Positions 8,734-16,762 of a stretch of DNA of 26,677 nucleotides are shown piece by piece. Within the stretch, counting starts at the first letter, position 1. Each line of letters opens with the position of its first letter. This DNA is from Methanotrichaceae archaeon (GTDB taxonomy: Archaea > Halobacteriota > Methanosarcinia > Methanotrichales > Methanotrichaceae), in contig CAVVKN010000001.1 in NCBI GenBank assembly GCA_963748825.1, positions 1 to 26,677 of the forward strand. The letters run 5' to 3'. A program made the position numbers and the translations under genes. The notes under the pieces are model-generated. The model did no database searches and had not been told where the DNA came from. It saw only the letters and a program-made list of their open reading frames with translations.

Positions 8734-9726
8734 ATGAAGCTCCTGCATGTCATCAGCATTCTGCTTCTTCTTGCCGGGGCGGGCCAGGCAGAAGATCTCA
8801 TATTTTTCGCAGATGATCACTACAAATCCCTGGGCCGGCCAGAGCTTACAGCCTCTGTGGCCAATCCGGCTTTAGTCCCTGGCGACAGTATCCTGCGAAT
8901 AAACCTGGCTAATTTAGGCGAGCTGGAAGAGCTGATGCCCATCAACGAGAGCGGCTCAAATGAAGATATATTGCTGGAGATGAGCGCGGAAATGCATAGC
9001 ATTGATGCCCTGAACATCAATGCCGCCCTGACGGGAGCTGGACCCATAAAGGTGAAAACAGGGCCGCAGCATATCAAGCAGCACATCAAGAATCTTCCCG
9101 CAGGAGCTGCGGCAGTGCTGCAGTTTAATATCACCGCACAGAAGAATGCAAGCGGCTGGTATGCCCTTCCCTTGAGCGTCGATTATGAGAGGCAGGTGGA
9201 TGTGAGCGTGAAGAGCGGCGAGGTCTTTCCCCTCTATGAAGCGGAAAGGCAAAACCTCACTATTCAAGTATTTGTGGCTGGAAATAATGAGCTTTTGCGC
9301 ATTTCCGGGACTAAGTCCGAGCTCTATGCGGGGGGAAGCGGAAATCTGAGGGCGGCGATCAGCAATGATGGCGCCATTTTGCTTCATAATTGCTCGGCCA
9401 AGCTCCTGGCTGCTCCTCCCTTCTACGTAGAAAGCCCGGCTATTGAGCTGGGAGACTTGGCCCCTGGATCGTTGGCTGTAATCGCATTCACAGTGCGCGT
9501 AGATGGAAATGCCGGCCTGCAGGATTACCAACTGGGCTGTGAGATTGATTGCCAAGAGAAAAGCATAATTGTCCCCCTGCAAATCTCTCTCTCTCGCGTC
9601 GGGGTTTTAGGAAACTTTGCAGGTCCGGTATTGGGGGGCCTGGCTATAGCTGGCCTGGCAGCTTTTCTGATATGGAAAAAAAGGGATCAACTCTTCCGTC
9701 GCAAGAGAAGATGGCGGCAAAAATGA
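8734..9726 (+). CDS. COG1361-like S-layer/Ig-domain protein with signal peptide and C-terminal membrane anchor
   Basis: Signal peptide MKLLHVISILLLLAGAGQA; beta-rich GWYALPLSVDYE and LGDLAPGS segments; C-terminal TM helix followed by the basic tail KKRDQLFRRKRRWRQK. Confidence 0.75.
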   Translation: MKLLHVISILLLLAGAGQAEDLIFFADDHYKSLGRPELTASVANPALVPGDSILRINLANLGELEELMPINESGSNEDILLEMSAEMHSIDALNINAALTGAGPIKVKTGPQHIKQHIKNLPAGAAAVLQFNITAQKNASGWYALPLSVDYERQVDVSVKSGEVFPLYEAERQNLTIQVFVAGNNELLRISGTKSELYAGGSGNLRAAISNDGAILLHNCSAKLLAAPPFYVESPAIELGDLAPGSLAVIAFTVRVDGNAGLQDYQLGCEIDCQEKSIIVPLQISLSRVGVLGNFAGPVLGGLAIAGLAAFLIWKKRDQLFRRKRRWRQK

Positions 9727-10655
9727 CAGAAAAATCGGTCGAAGCTAAGGGAATTTATAAGAGTTATAAGAGCTTCTTGGGGAGCAGCACCACAGTTCTT
9801 CAGAACATATCCCTGGATATCGAGGCGGGAGAGATCTTCGGTCTGCTCGGCCCTAACGGTTCAGGCAAGACCACTCTCATCTCCATATTCTCCACTCTGA
9901 TCTATCCGGAGCAGGGCAGTCTGCTCATCCTGGGAATGGATGCGCGCCGCGACAAAGGAGAAATCCGCAAAGCCATTAATATCAGTACGGCCAAGCCCAA
10001 CTTCCCCTGGAGCTTGACTGTGCAAGAGAACCTGCGTCACTACGGCATGCTCTACGGCCTTTACGGTTCACTCCTCTCCCGGACGGTAGAAGATCAGATC
10101 GAAGCCTTTGAGCTAGGCGAGTTTCGGGATATGAAGTTCGAGAACCTCTCCACGGGCTTAAAGCAGCGTCTCTCTCTGGCCAAGGCCATGCTCAATCGCC
10201 CTCGTCTGCTGTTCCTAGATGAGCCCACCACGGGTCTTGATCCTGATATCTCCATAAAAACCCGCATGCTGATAAAGAGAATTCATGAGGAGGAGAACAT
10301 CTCCGTGGTTTTATCTACCCACTATATGCCTGAGGCGGAGATGCTCTGTGACAGGATTGCATTTCTGCGCAAGGGTCAGATCGTGGCAATGGACACGCCC
10401 CGCAATCTAAAGAAGCATCTGGGGCTGGGGGAGAGGGTGGTGGTCTCTTACGAAGGGCCGGCAGATATCGCGGCCCTGGAGAGCATGGCGGGCGTTTTAG
10501 GCATAAAAGCGGAGAGGGGCCGGGTGGAGATCGTGATCGATAGAAACGAGGATAGTCTAGACAGGATCATCAAGCTCTTTTGCAATGCCAGAATCCTTGA
10601 CTTAACCATAAAAGAACCCGATTTGGAGGATGTATTCCTTGAACTGGCAAGGTGA
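9723..10655 (+). CDS. ABC-2 type exporter ATP-binding protein
   Basis: GPNGSGKTT, LSTGLKQR, LLFLDEPT and C-terminal EPDLEDVFL. Start reassigned to ATG 9723 (ATGA overlap with the upstream stop) from 9549. Confidence 0.9.
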   Translation: MTEKSVEAKGIYKSYKSFLGSSTTVLQNISLDIEAGEIFGLLGPNGSGKTTLISIFSTLIYPEQGSLLILGMDARRDKGEIRKAINISTAKPNFPWSLTVQENLRHYGMLYGLYGSLLSRTVEDQIEAFELGEFRDMKFENLSTGLKQRLSLAKAMLNRPRLLFLDEPTTGLDPDISIKTRMLIKRIHEEENISVVLSTHYMPEAEMLCDRIAFLRKGQIVAMDTPRNLKKHLGLGERVVVSYEGPADIAALESMAGVLGIKAERGRVEIVIDRNEDSLDRIIKLFCNARILDLTIKEPDLEDVFLELAR

Positions 10656-11424
10656 ATTGAACAAGTACCTGGCCAGCGCCTACAAGAACTGGATCATCTC
10701 CCGGAGGAACATCTTCACAGTATTCGAGCTCTTCTTCTGGCCCATGATCAGTCTGCTGTCCATTGGTCTACTCACGCGGTTCTTGAAGGTAGAGGGCTCG
10801 ATGGTCTCCTTTCTATTAGTGGGCGCTATTGCTCTTACCATTCTGCAAGTGGCCCAGATCGATGTCGCCTACGTTCTTCTATTCGACATGTGGTCCAAGA
10901 GCATCAAGAACACTTTCATCGCCCCGGTTCACAGCTACCATCTGGTCTTTGGAGCTTTGCTCTTCGGCATCCTGCGGGGCAGTGTGGTCTTCTTCATCCT
11001 GGCGATAGTCAGCCGCTACCTCTTCGGCTTTGATTTCCGGGAGGGTGGCCTTCTGCCGGTGCTGATATTTCTGGCAGGAGTTTTTGCCATGGCAGCAGTC
11101 ATCGGCATCACGGTCTGCATATCTATTCTCACATTCGGCCAGAAGGCGGATGTTGCCGCCTGGAGCCTGAGCGGTCTGATTCTGCTCGTTAGTGGAATTT
11201 ACTATCCAGTAGAGGTGCTGCCTCCCGTGCTGCAAGCCCTGGCCAGAGCCATTCCCCTGACCTATTTCTTAGAATACTACAGGTCAATATTTATTCCCGG
11301 CCCGCACCATCTGGCCATTGGTGTATTTCTGGCCGCGTTCTATCTGGTCCTGGGGCTGATCCTCTTTGATCGCGCCATTGAGAGGGCAAGAAGGACAGGC
11401 ATCTTGCTGCGGCTGTCGGAGTAA
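10630..11424 (+). CDS. ABC-2 type exporter permease
   Basis: About six TM segments; SGIYYPVEVLPPVLQALARAIPLTY motif typical of ABC-2 permeases; overlaps the ATPase gene. Confidence 0.88.
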   Translation: MYSLNWQGELNKYLASAYKNWIISRRNIFTVFELFFWPMISLLSIGLLTRFLKVEGSMVSFLLVGAIALTILQVAQIDVAYVLLFDMWSKSIKNTFIAPVHSYHLVFGALLFGILRGSVVFFILAIVSRYLFGFDFREGGLLPVLIFLAGVFAMAAVIGITVCISILTFGQKADVAAWSLSGLILLVSGIYYPVEVLPPVLQALARAIPLTYFLEYYRSIFIPGPHHLAIGVFLAAFYLVLGLILFDRAIERARRTGILLRLSE

Positions 11425-11460
11425 CATAGCAGAGAAGGCATCAGATGAGCAGGCATTAGA

Positions 11461-11494
11461 ATTTAAAGGATGATATGTTCTGGTTTGTGAGGTG
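11461..11494 (+). promoter_or_regulatory. Putative TATA box and Shine-Dalgarno of folP
   Basis: TTTAAA at 11462-11467; GAGGTG at 11489-11494, 6 nt before the in-frame TTG at 11501. Confidence 0.5.
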
Positions 11495-11500
11495 TTGGGA

Positions 11501-12721
11501 TTGATAGAAGGCATTTTGGGTCGCGTCCCGGTAGGAGACAGCCACCCTGTGCGGCTGATGGGCATAATCAATCTCAGCCGTGAGTCATTCTACAAGGGCT
11601 CAGTGGCCGGCCCCCATGAGGCACTTTCCCTGGCGGCAGCTATGCAGGAGCAGGGCGCGGATATTATCGACCTGGGAGCCGTCTCCACTGCACCAGGCTC
11701 TCCTCCTATAAGCGAGGCCGTGGAACGAGAGAGGCTCTTTCCCGCCCTCAAGAATATCCTGGACAACCTGGATATCAACATCTCTATAGACACGCAAAGG
11801 GCCAGCATTGCGGGCGATGCACTCTCTCGCGGTGCCGCTTGCATAAACGATGTCTCCGGCCTGTCTGACCCCAATATGGCAGTCAGTGTGGCCGAGTATG
11901 ACGGCTCTTTGATCATTATGGCCTCTCGGCAGAGAGCAGGCGATCTGCTCCAAATAAACGAGATAATTGCCTTGCTGGGAGAGAGAGTGAGGGCCGCGGC
12001 CCAGGCTGGCATATGCCCGGCTAAGATCTCGGTTGATCCGGGCATCGGCAAATGGATACCGGAAAAGACTCCTGCTCACGATCTGGCTATTTTGGACGGC
12101 ATGTTGCGGCTGCGCGTTTTGCAGCGGCCGGTGGTCGCGGCTATTTCCCGCAAGTCCTTTATCGGGGAGCGCCTGCATAAGCCCGATCCCTTCCAGAGGC
12201 TGGCGGGAACGCTGGCGGCCACGGCCATAGCTGTTTATCTGGGGGCGCATATCGTCCGCACGCATGATATTGCAGCCAGCCTGGATACCATAGCCATGGC
12301 AAAGGCCATCCGGGGCCGTCCGGCAGAGGCCGGGGATGAGGAGCTGGAGGTGGAGGTGCTGGGCTATTTGGGCCAGGGCGAGGATATGGCCGAAAACCTT
12401 CGCAGGACGGAAGTGGATGAGCGAGGAGTACGCACACTCTGCAAGAAAAGCTCTTTTCGCATCCTGGCCGTGCGCGGTGTTAGCAGCATGGAGGCCATAA
12501 TAATAAAGCAGGAGATGCTGGCACGGGGCGGAGATGCCGCCATTCCCAAGCTGGCTCTTCGCTGTGACCCCCGGCCGGAAGAGGTTTTAATATTCGGCAC
12601 CTCCCATCAGATAGCGGGCCTGGTAAAGAACTTGAGCGGTCAGCCCTTTCGGCTCCCCTGTCTGGCCGCGAGGATAGATGAGGCCACTACAATGATAGAA
12701 AGCCCAGAGCGTTACAGGTGA
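11501..12721 (+). CDS. folP: Dihydropteroate synthase with an extra C-terminal domain
   Basis: DHPS motifs MGIINLSRESF, IDLGAVSTAPG, SIDT, INDVSG, DPGIG, SRKSFIG and IVRTHD, plus a ~125-aa C-terminal domain (IIIKQEMLARGGDAAI...QPFRL). Start at TTG 11501 favoured by SD spacing; the ORF track gives 11492. Confidence 0.92.
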   Translation: MIEGILGRVPVGDSHPVRLMGIINLSRESFYKGSVAGPHEALSLAAAMQEQGADIIDLGAVSTAPGSPPISEAVERERLFPALKNILDNLDINISIDTQRASIAGDALSRGAACINDVSGLSDPNMAVSVAEYDGSLIIMASRQRAGDLLQINEIIALLGERVRAAAQAGICPAKISVDPGIGKWIPEKTPAHDLAILDGMLRLRVLQRPVVAAISRKSFIGERLHKPDPFQRLAGTLAATAIAVYLGAHIVRTHDIAASLDTIAMAKAIRGRPAEAGDEELEVEVLGYLGQGEDMAENLRRTEVDERGVRTLCKKSSFRILAVRGVSSMEAIIIKQEMLARGGDAAIPKLALRCDPRPEEVLIFGTSHQIAGLVKNLSGQPFRLPCLAARIDEATTMIESPERYR

Positions 12722-13881
12722 GTGTATTGCAGGTTTTAGGCATAAAGACGGATCTCATAAGCCCGGGCGATGACCTGGTGGAGTCTCTTGAGAAGGCCAT
12801 GGCCGGATCGGGCCTGGCCTTGCAGGACGGCGACATTCTGGTTGTCTCGGAGAGCACTGTGGCTACCGCAGAAGGGCGCGTTGTGGCTCTGCATGATGTC
12901 ACACCCGGCCCTCTTGCGCTCTCTATGGCCGCCAAGTACAGCAAAGACCCGCGAGAGATGGAGCTGATCCTCCAAGAATCGGACGAGATAATGGGAGGCA
13001 TACCGGGCGTGGTGCTGACGCTGCGAGAAGGCTTTCTTTATCCCAACGCCGGCATCGATAACTCCAATGCCCCTCCCGGGCACGTGGTTCTATTTCCGGC
13101 CGATGCACAAAAATCGGCATTCGAGATTAAGGAGCGCATGGCGAAAGGCAGGAGGATTGCGGTTATCATCGGCGACAGCCGGACTCATCCCTTGCGACTG
13201 GGCTGCGTAGGCGTGGCCCTGGCCTGCGTGGGCCTGGAACCAGTCGAGGATGCGCGAGGCCAAAAGGACCTCTTCGGCCGGGAGCTCAAGATCACCCGCA
13301 AGGCGGTGGCAGACAATTTAGTCTCTGCCGCTCAGATAGTAATGGGTGAAGGTGACGAGGGAATTCCGGCCGTGATCATAAGAGACGCGCCTGTGCTCAT
13401 CAGCGAGAAAAGCACAGTTATGCCCACCATCCCACCCCAGGAGTGCATGTACATCGGCGCACTGCGCTGCGCCCCCCGTTCTTACACCGGGGGGTATGAT
13501 CATCTCATCGAGCAGGCTAAAGAAGCATTGAAAGATGCCTATGCCCCTTACTCCGGATTTAAGGTGGGCGCGGCGCTTCTCTCCCGGAGCGGTCGGATCT
13601 ACTCGGCCGGCAATATTGAGAGTGCTGCTTCCGGGGCGGGCATCTGTGCGGAGAGAGCGGCCCTGGCAAGAGCCATCGCCTCTGGAGAGCACGAATTTGA
13701 GGCGATTGCGATAGTTGGAAATGCCGTCGCGCCTGTATCGCCCTGCGGTATATGCCGGCAGAGCCTGATAGAGTTCGGAGAGGATATTGTTGTCATCATG
13801 AGCAACGCGAAAGGTGATGCTTTGACGGCTACGGTCTCCGATCTCCTGCCAAAAGCGTTTACGGGCAAATGCCTGAAATAG
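12718..13881 (+). CDS. CofE-family (F420-0:L-glutamate ligase-like) domain fused to a cytidine deaminase domain
   Basis: N-terminal ~250 aa: GDILVVSESTVATAEGR, PNAGIDNSN, IGDSRTHPLRLG, DLFGRELKIT, MGEGDEGIP. C-terminal ~130 aa: AYAPYSGFKVGAAL, CAER, SPCGICRQ. One continuous ORF with a GTGA overlap with folP. Confidence 0.9.
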   Translation: MSVLQVLGIKTDLISPGDDLVESLEKAMAGSGLALQDGDILVVSESTVATAEGRVVALHDVTPGPLALSMAAKYSKDPREMELILQESDEIMGGIPGVVLTLREGFLYPNAGIDNSNAPPGHVVLFPADAQKSAFEIKERMAKGRRIAVIIGDSRTHPLRLGCVGVALACVGLEPVEDARGQKDLFGRELKITRKAVADNLVSAAQIVMGEGDEGIPAVIIRDAPVLISEKSTVMPTIPPQECMYIGALRCAPRSYTGGYDHLIEQAKEALKDAYAPYSGFKVGAALLSRSGRIYSAGNIESAASGAGICAERAALARAIASGEHEFEAIAIVGNAVAPVSPCGICRQSLIEFGEDIVVIMSNAKGDALTATVSDLLPKAFTGKCLK

Positions 13882-13930
13882 CTAAAAGCTTTCCATATTA
13901 AATTAATATTTAAAATTTTTTGAAAAATTA
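13882..13930. terminator. AT-rich convergent termination region
   Basis: T run at 13916-13921 and A run at 13923-13927 between the convergent cofE-cdd and hdrD genes. Confidence 0.45.
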
Positions 13931-13963
13931 TGAAAAAAGAATGTCCGGAATTCCAGGCATTCT

Positions 13964-15334
13964 TCAGTGAGCCTCGCCCACCAGATCCTTGCCGGGCGCC
14001 TTGCGCTCGACGGTCTCTATTTTGCAGGTTGCTGGACCGCAAACCAATACATCCTGCTCCTGATACTTGGTGTACGGGTTCTCGGGGATGGTTGTATCCA
14101 GGCCCATGGATGCAGCCATGAGCTCTACAACGTCCAGGACCTTTATGCCGGATTTGGCGTCGTTTCTGCCGTCCATGATATTCCTTCTGCAGAAGGGGCA
14201 GGTGGATGCAATGACATCAGCGGAAACTTCCTCACCGTCCTTAACCCTGGCTTTGGCGCAATCCATGGCCAGGTCGGGAATGCCGGCTTTAACGCCGCCG
14301 CCTGCACCGCAGCACCTTTGCAGGGCTCTGTTGCGCACCATATCTCTGAACTTCACACCCGGGATGGATGTGATGCAGTCACGAGAGGCTTCAAAGGCCC
14401 AATCCTTTCCCTTGAGGTGCATGAGATGCCTGCCGTTGTGGCATGGGTCATGGTATGTGACCGAATAGTTCAGTGGAATCTTGTACTCTGCTTCTCCATT
14501 TCTGATCTTCTCTCTGAGGAACACCGAGAGGGGCATGGTCTCGTAGGGGATGTAACCTTCATACCACATGGGCCAGTCAACGGCTGCATTTCTAAGACAT
14601 CCGGCACAGGCGAAGAGCACATTCTTCGCCCCTGCGTCTTTGAGAGCATCGACATTATGGACAGCATGCTCAGCCATGACCTCTCTCTGGCCGGTTCTCA
14701 CCATTGCAGAAGCACAGCACCATTCATCCTTGCCCAACATCGCGAAGGGGACACCAAATTTATCCAAAATCCTGACGGTGGCTACTCCCAATGCTTGTTG
14801 CCGGTAGGCAGCAGTGCAGCCTGCGAAGTATACAATATCACCAGATTCCTGTACTTTGATGTCCTTCGGAACCCAGCATAGCCTTTCCTCTTGCTTGGCC
14901 ATATAGGGATTTCTATCTGCTCTGACGAGCTTGGGAAACATGGACTGTTTTCCCACGGGTCCGTCACCCCTAGCAACCAAGTTCGGCCTCATGGCCTCCC
15001 AGAGTTCTACTGTCTTGATTCCTGCCTCACAGACCGTGCCGCAAACGCCGCAGGTGGTGCAGCTGTATGTATCCTCGGTGAAGACCTTCATCTCATCGTC
15101 AGTAAGGGGCTTGGGGCCGAAGATCTTGGCGCGCAGGCTCTGGCTCTTGGCCTGCAGCTCTCTCCACCTTGCGTTCTTATACATGGGAGTAATGCCGGGC
15201 CGATCCGGTCTCACCGCGAAGGTCGGGCACCATTTCATACACTCCTGGCACCTGTTGCAGCCATCTACTTCCATGAGCTGAGTGGACAGCATAAAGCCCG
15301 TCATCAAGGGCTTTGATTCTTTGTTATTAGCCAT
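13964..15334 (-). CDS. hdrD: Heterodisulfide reductase catalytic Fe-S subunit D
   Basis: Two 4Fe-4S motifs (CNRCQECMKWCP, CTTCGVCGTVCE) and two CCG domains (GC...WCC...CAGC; HDPC...CCGAGGG...CPFC); 1 bp downstream of a membrane cytochrome b-like gene. Confidence 0.88.
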   Translation of the reverse strand: MANNKESKPLMTGFMLSTQLMEVDGCNRCQECMKWCPTFAVRPDRPGITPMYKNARWRELQAKSQSLRAKIFGPKPLTDDEMKVFTEDTYSCTTCGVCGTVCEAGIKTVELWEAMRPNLVARGDGPVGKQSMFPKLVRADRNPYMAKQEERLCWVPKDIKVQESGDIVYFAGCTAAYRQQALGVATVRILDKFGVPFAMLGKDEWCCASAMVRTGQREVMAEHAVHNVDALKDAGAKNVLFACAGCLRNAAVDWPMWYEGYIPYETMPLSVFLREKIRNGEAEYKIPLNYSVTYHDPCHNGRHLMHLKGKDWAFEASRDCITSIPGVKFRDMVRNRALQRCCGAGGGVKAGIPDLAMDCAKARVKDGEEVSADVIASTCPFCRRNIMDGRNDAKSGIKVLDVVELMAASMGLDTTIPENPYTKYQEQDVLVCGPATCKIETVERKAPGKDLVGEAH

Positions 15335-15335
15335 T

Positions 15336-16088
15336 TTATTCCCCTCCTCGGTTGGCTATCAGGGTCATGGGTGTAGCTATGACGTGGATGTACTTGCTCC
15401 ATGGCAAAACCAGGGCGAACAGACCAATTGCCAGGACGGTGTGAATCAATGCAAAGTGAGGTGCATAGATGGGATATTCAAAAGCATTCCCGATGAGGAA
15501 GGAATTGCCGCGCATCCACTCCGCATAAAATCCGGTAACAGTAATGAGAAACACGGCACCGATCAAGAAAGCGTCATAGGCGCTGGTGTTATCCCTGACG
15601 AACCTAAGCAGGATTCTCCTGGATACGGCGATGGTGGCTCCGATGAGGAGCAGGTAGCCGAAGATATCGAAAGGCAGCGACAGGAGTTCCTTGGCCATCT
15701 CAGCCTCCGCAAAGAGCCCGAGCAGGTTGAAATGCTCGACGATATCGAGCATAAGTCCAAGGCCGGAAAGTGCCGCCAGCATCAGGAATCCATAAAACAT
15801 GGACATGTGCATAACCCATCGCACCGGGCTTCTGGCCAGCGTCCTCCTCAATAGAAGAACATCAAGCACAACTGTCCTCAAAAATACCCATAATCCATCC
15901 TTAAATGCCTCGTGAATCCAGGTGGCAAGGAAGAGCCAGAAGCTATTGCGCAACTGGTCGTGGTAGCCGGTGGATCCGAGGCCCCATTTCTTAAAGTTGA
16001 AATATATACCATATATCCAAACAGCAAGTACAATAACTGTCAGGAATATCACAAGATTAAAAGTGAGGCCCAACGTGTAGAACGCCAT
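15336..16088 (-). CDS. hdrE: Heterodisulfide reductase membrane cytochrome b subunit E (NarI family)
   Basis: About five TM helices; His motifs RWVMHMSMFYGF, LIHT and PWSKYIHVI; GGAGG SD at 16096-16100 (minus strand); operon with hdrD. Confidence 0.87.
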   Translation of the reverse strand: MAFYTLGLTFNLVIFLTVIVLAVWIYGIYFNFKKWGLGSTGYHDQLRNSFWLFLATWIHEAFKDGLWVFLRTVVLDVLLLRRTLARSPVRWVMHMSMFYGFLMLAALSGLGLMLDIVEHFNLLGLFAEAEMAKELLSLPFDIFGYLLLIGATIAVSRRILLRFVRDNTSAYDAFLIGAVFLITVTGFYAEWMRGNSFLIGNAFEYPIYAPHFALIHTVLAIGLFALVLPWSKYIHVIATPMTLIANRGGE

Positions 16089-16397
16089 CTCATTTCCTCC
16101 TCGTTATATTTATCATTATATCGGGGCGATACGACCATCATTTGCGTCCAACTTACCTGACAACTAATACTTAAATATTCCCTCACCGCCGCCTGAAATT
16201 GCTTCCTATTGGATGGAGTTCATAAGAAATCGGATTAGCAAAAACGCTCTACGTATCATTCCCTGTAGCATCTCGCCATTCGCTTTTGCCGGGTATTTGG
16301 CGCCTGGAAGAAAATCGGAAAATCGCTTAAAAAACCAAATTTCCAAGATTTTTCCCCGATAATGGCTTTCTGGGCGCAGTATTTGGCTATTAGCGCT

Positions 16398-16460
16398 AAA
16401 AAAAGATTAGTCGTTCGGAATCGTCTTTGGGCCTGGGCCGCGAAGGCCACCTACAGGCCC
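16398..16460 (-). terminator. GC-rich hairpin plus T7 tract downstream of the small ORF
   Basis: GGGCCTG (16429-16435) pairs with CAGGCCC (16454-16460), enclosing GGCC-GCGAA-GGCC; A7 at 16398-16404 is T7 on the minus strand. Confidence 0.5.
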
Positions 16461-16469
16461 GATCTTGCT

Positions 16470-16610
16470 TCAAAGGATTTGTGGTCTTTTCTTCTTGGGC
16501 CACTGGGGTCCGGGTTCTGGTCCCTGGGGCATATCCCAATTCGCCGGTCTCATGCCTGTGCGGATGCCTGCGGCATCTTCAAACAAGTAGTCTGCTTCGA
16601 ATCTGAGCAA
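16470..16610 (-). CDS. Putative 46-aa small protein, absent from the ORF track
   Basis: Minus strand reads GGGAGG-AAAC-TTG; translation MLRFEADYLFEDAAGIRTGMRPANWDMPQGPEPGPQWPKKKRPQIL; hairpin and T tract downstream. Confidence 0.5.
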   Translation of the reverse strand: MLRFEADYLFEDAAGIRTGMRPANWDMPQGPEPGPQWPKKKRPQIL

Positions 16611-16762
16611 GTTTCCTCCCAATTAATGGGATCGCTTGGTTTGCATTGCAGTCCAATTTTCTCGATATTAGACGATTCCGCGTTAGACAATAATCGAATA
16701 TAAGGATTTCGGTTCTTCTTGGCAAAGCCTTAAAGATCAGCTCCACCCTATTTCTTACGACC

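Noticed and set aside
9549-9722. N-terminal extension of the ABC ATPase given in the ORF track
   Set aside because: It overlaps the upstream gene extensively; ATG 9723 gives a standard ATGA coupling and normal length.
13967-15854. Long plus-strand ORFs (304, 141 and 190 aa)
   Set aside because: They are antisense shadows of hdrD/hdrE with no motifs.
16500-16550. Likeness of the small ORF (PANWDMPQGPEPG) to the surface protein tail (PPAWNLSAPEPG)
   Set aside because: Short and Pro/Gly-biased; probably chance.
16362-16703. 113-aa plus-strand ORF in the hdrE-thrC gap
   Set aside because: No SD or motif, and it is antisense to the better-supported 46-aa ORF; not formally excluded.
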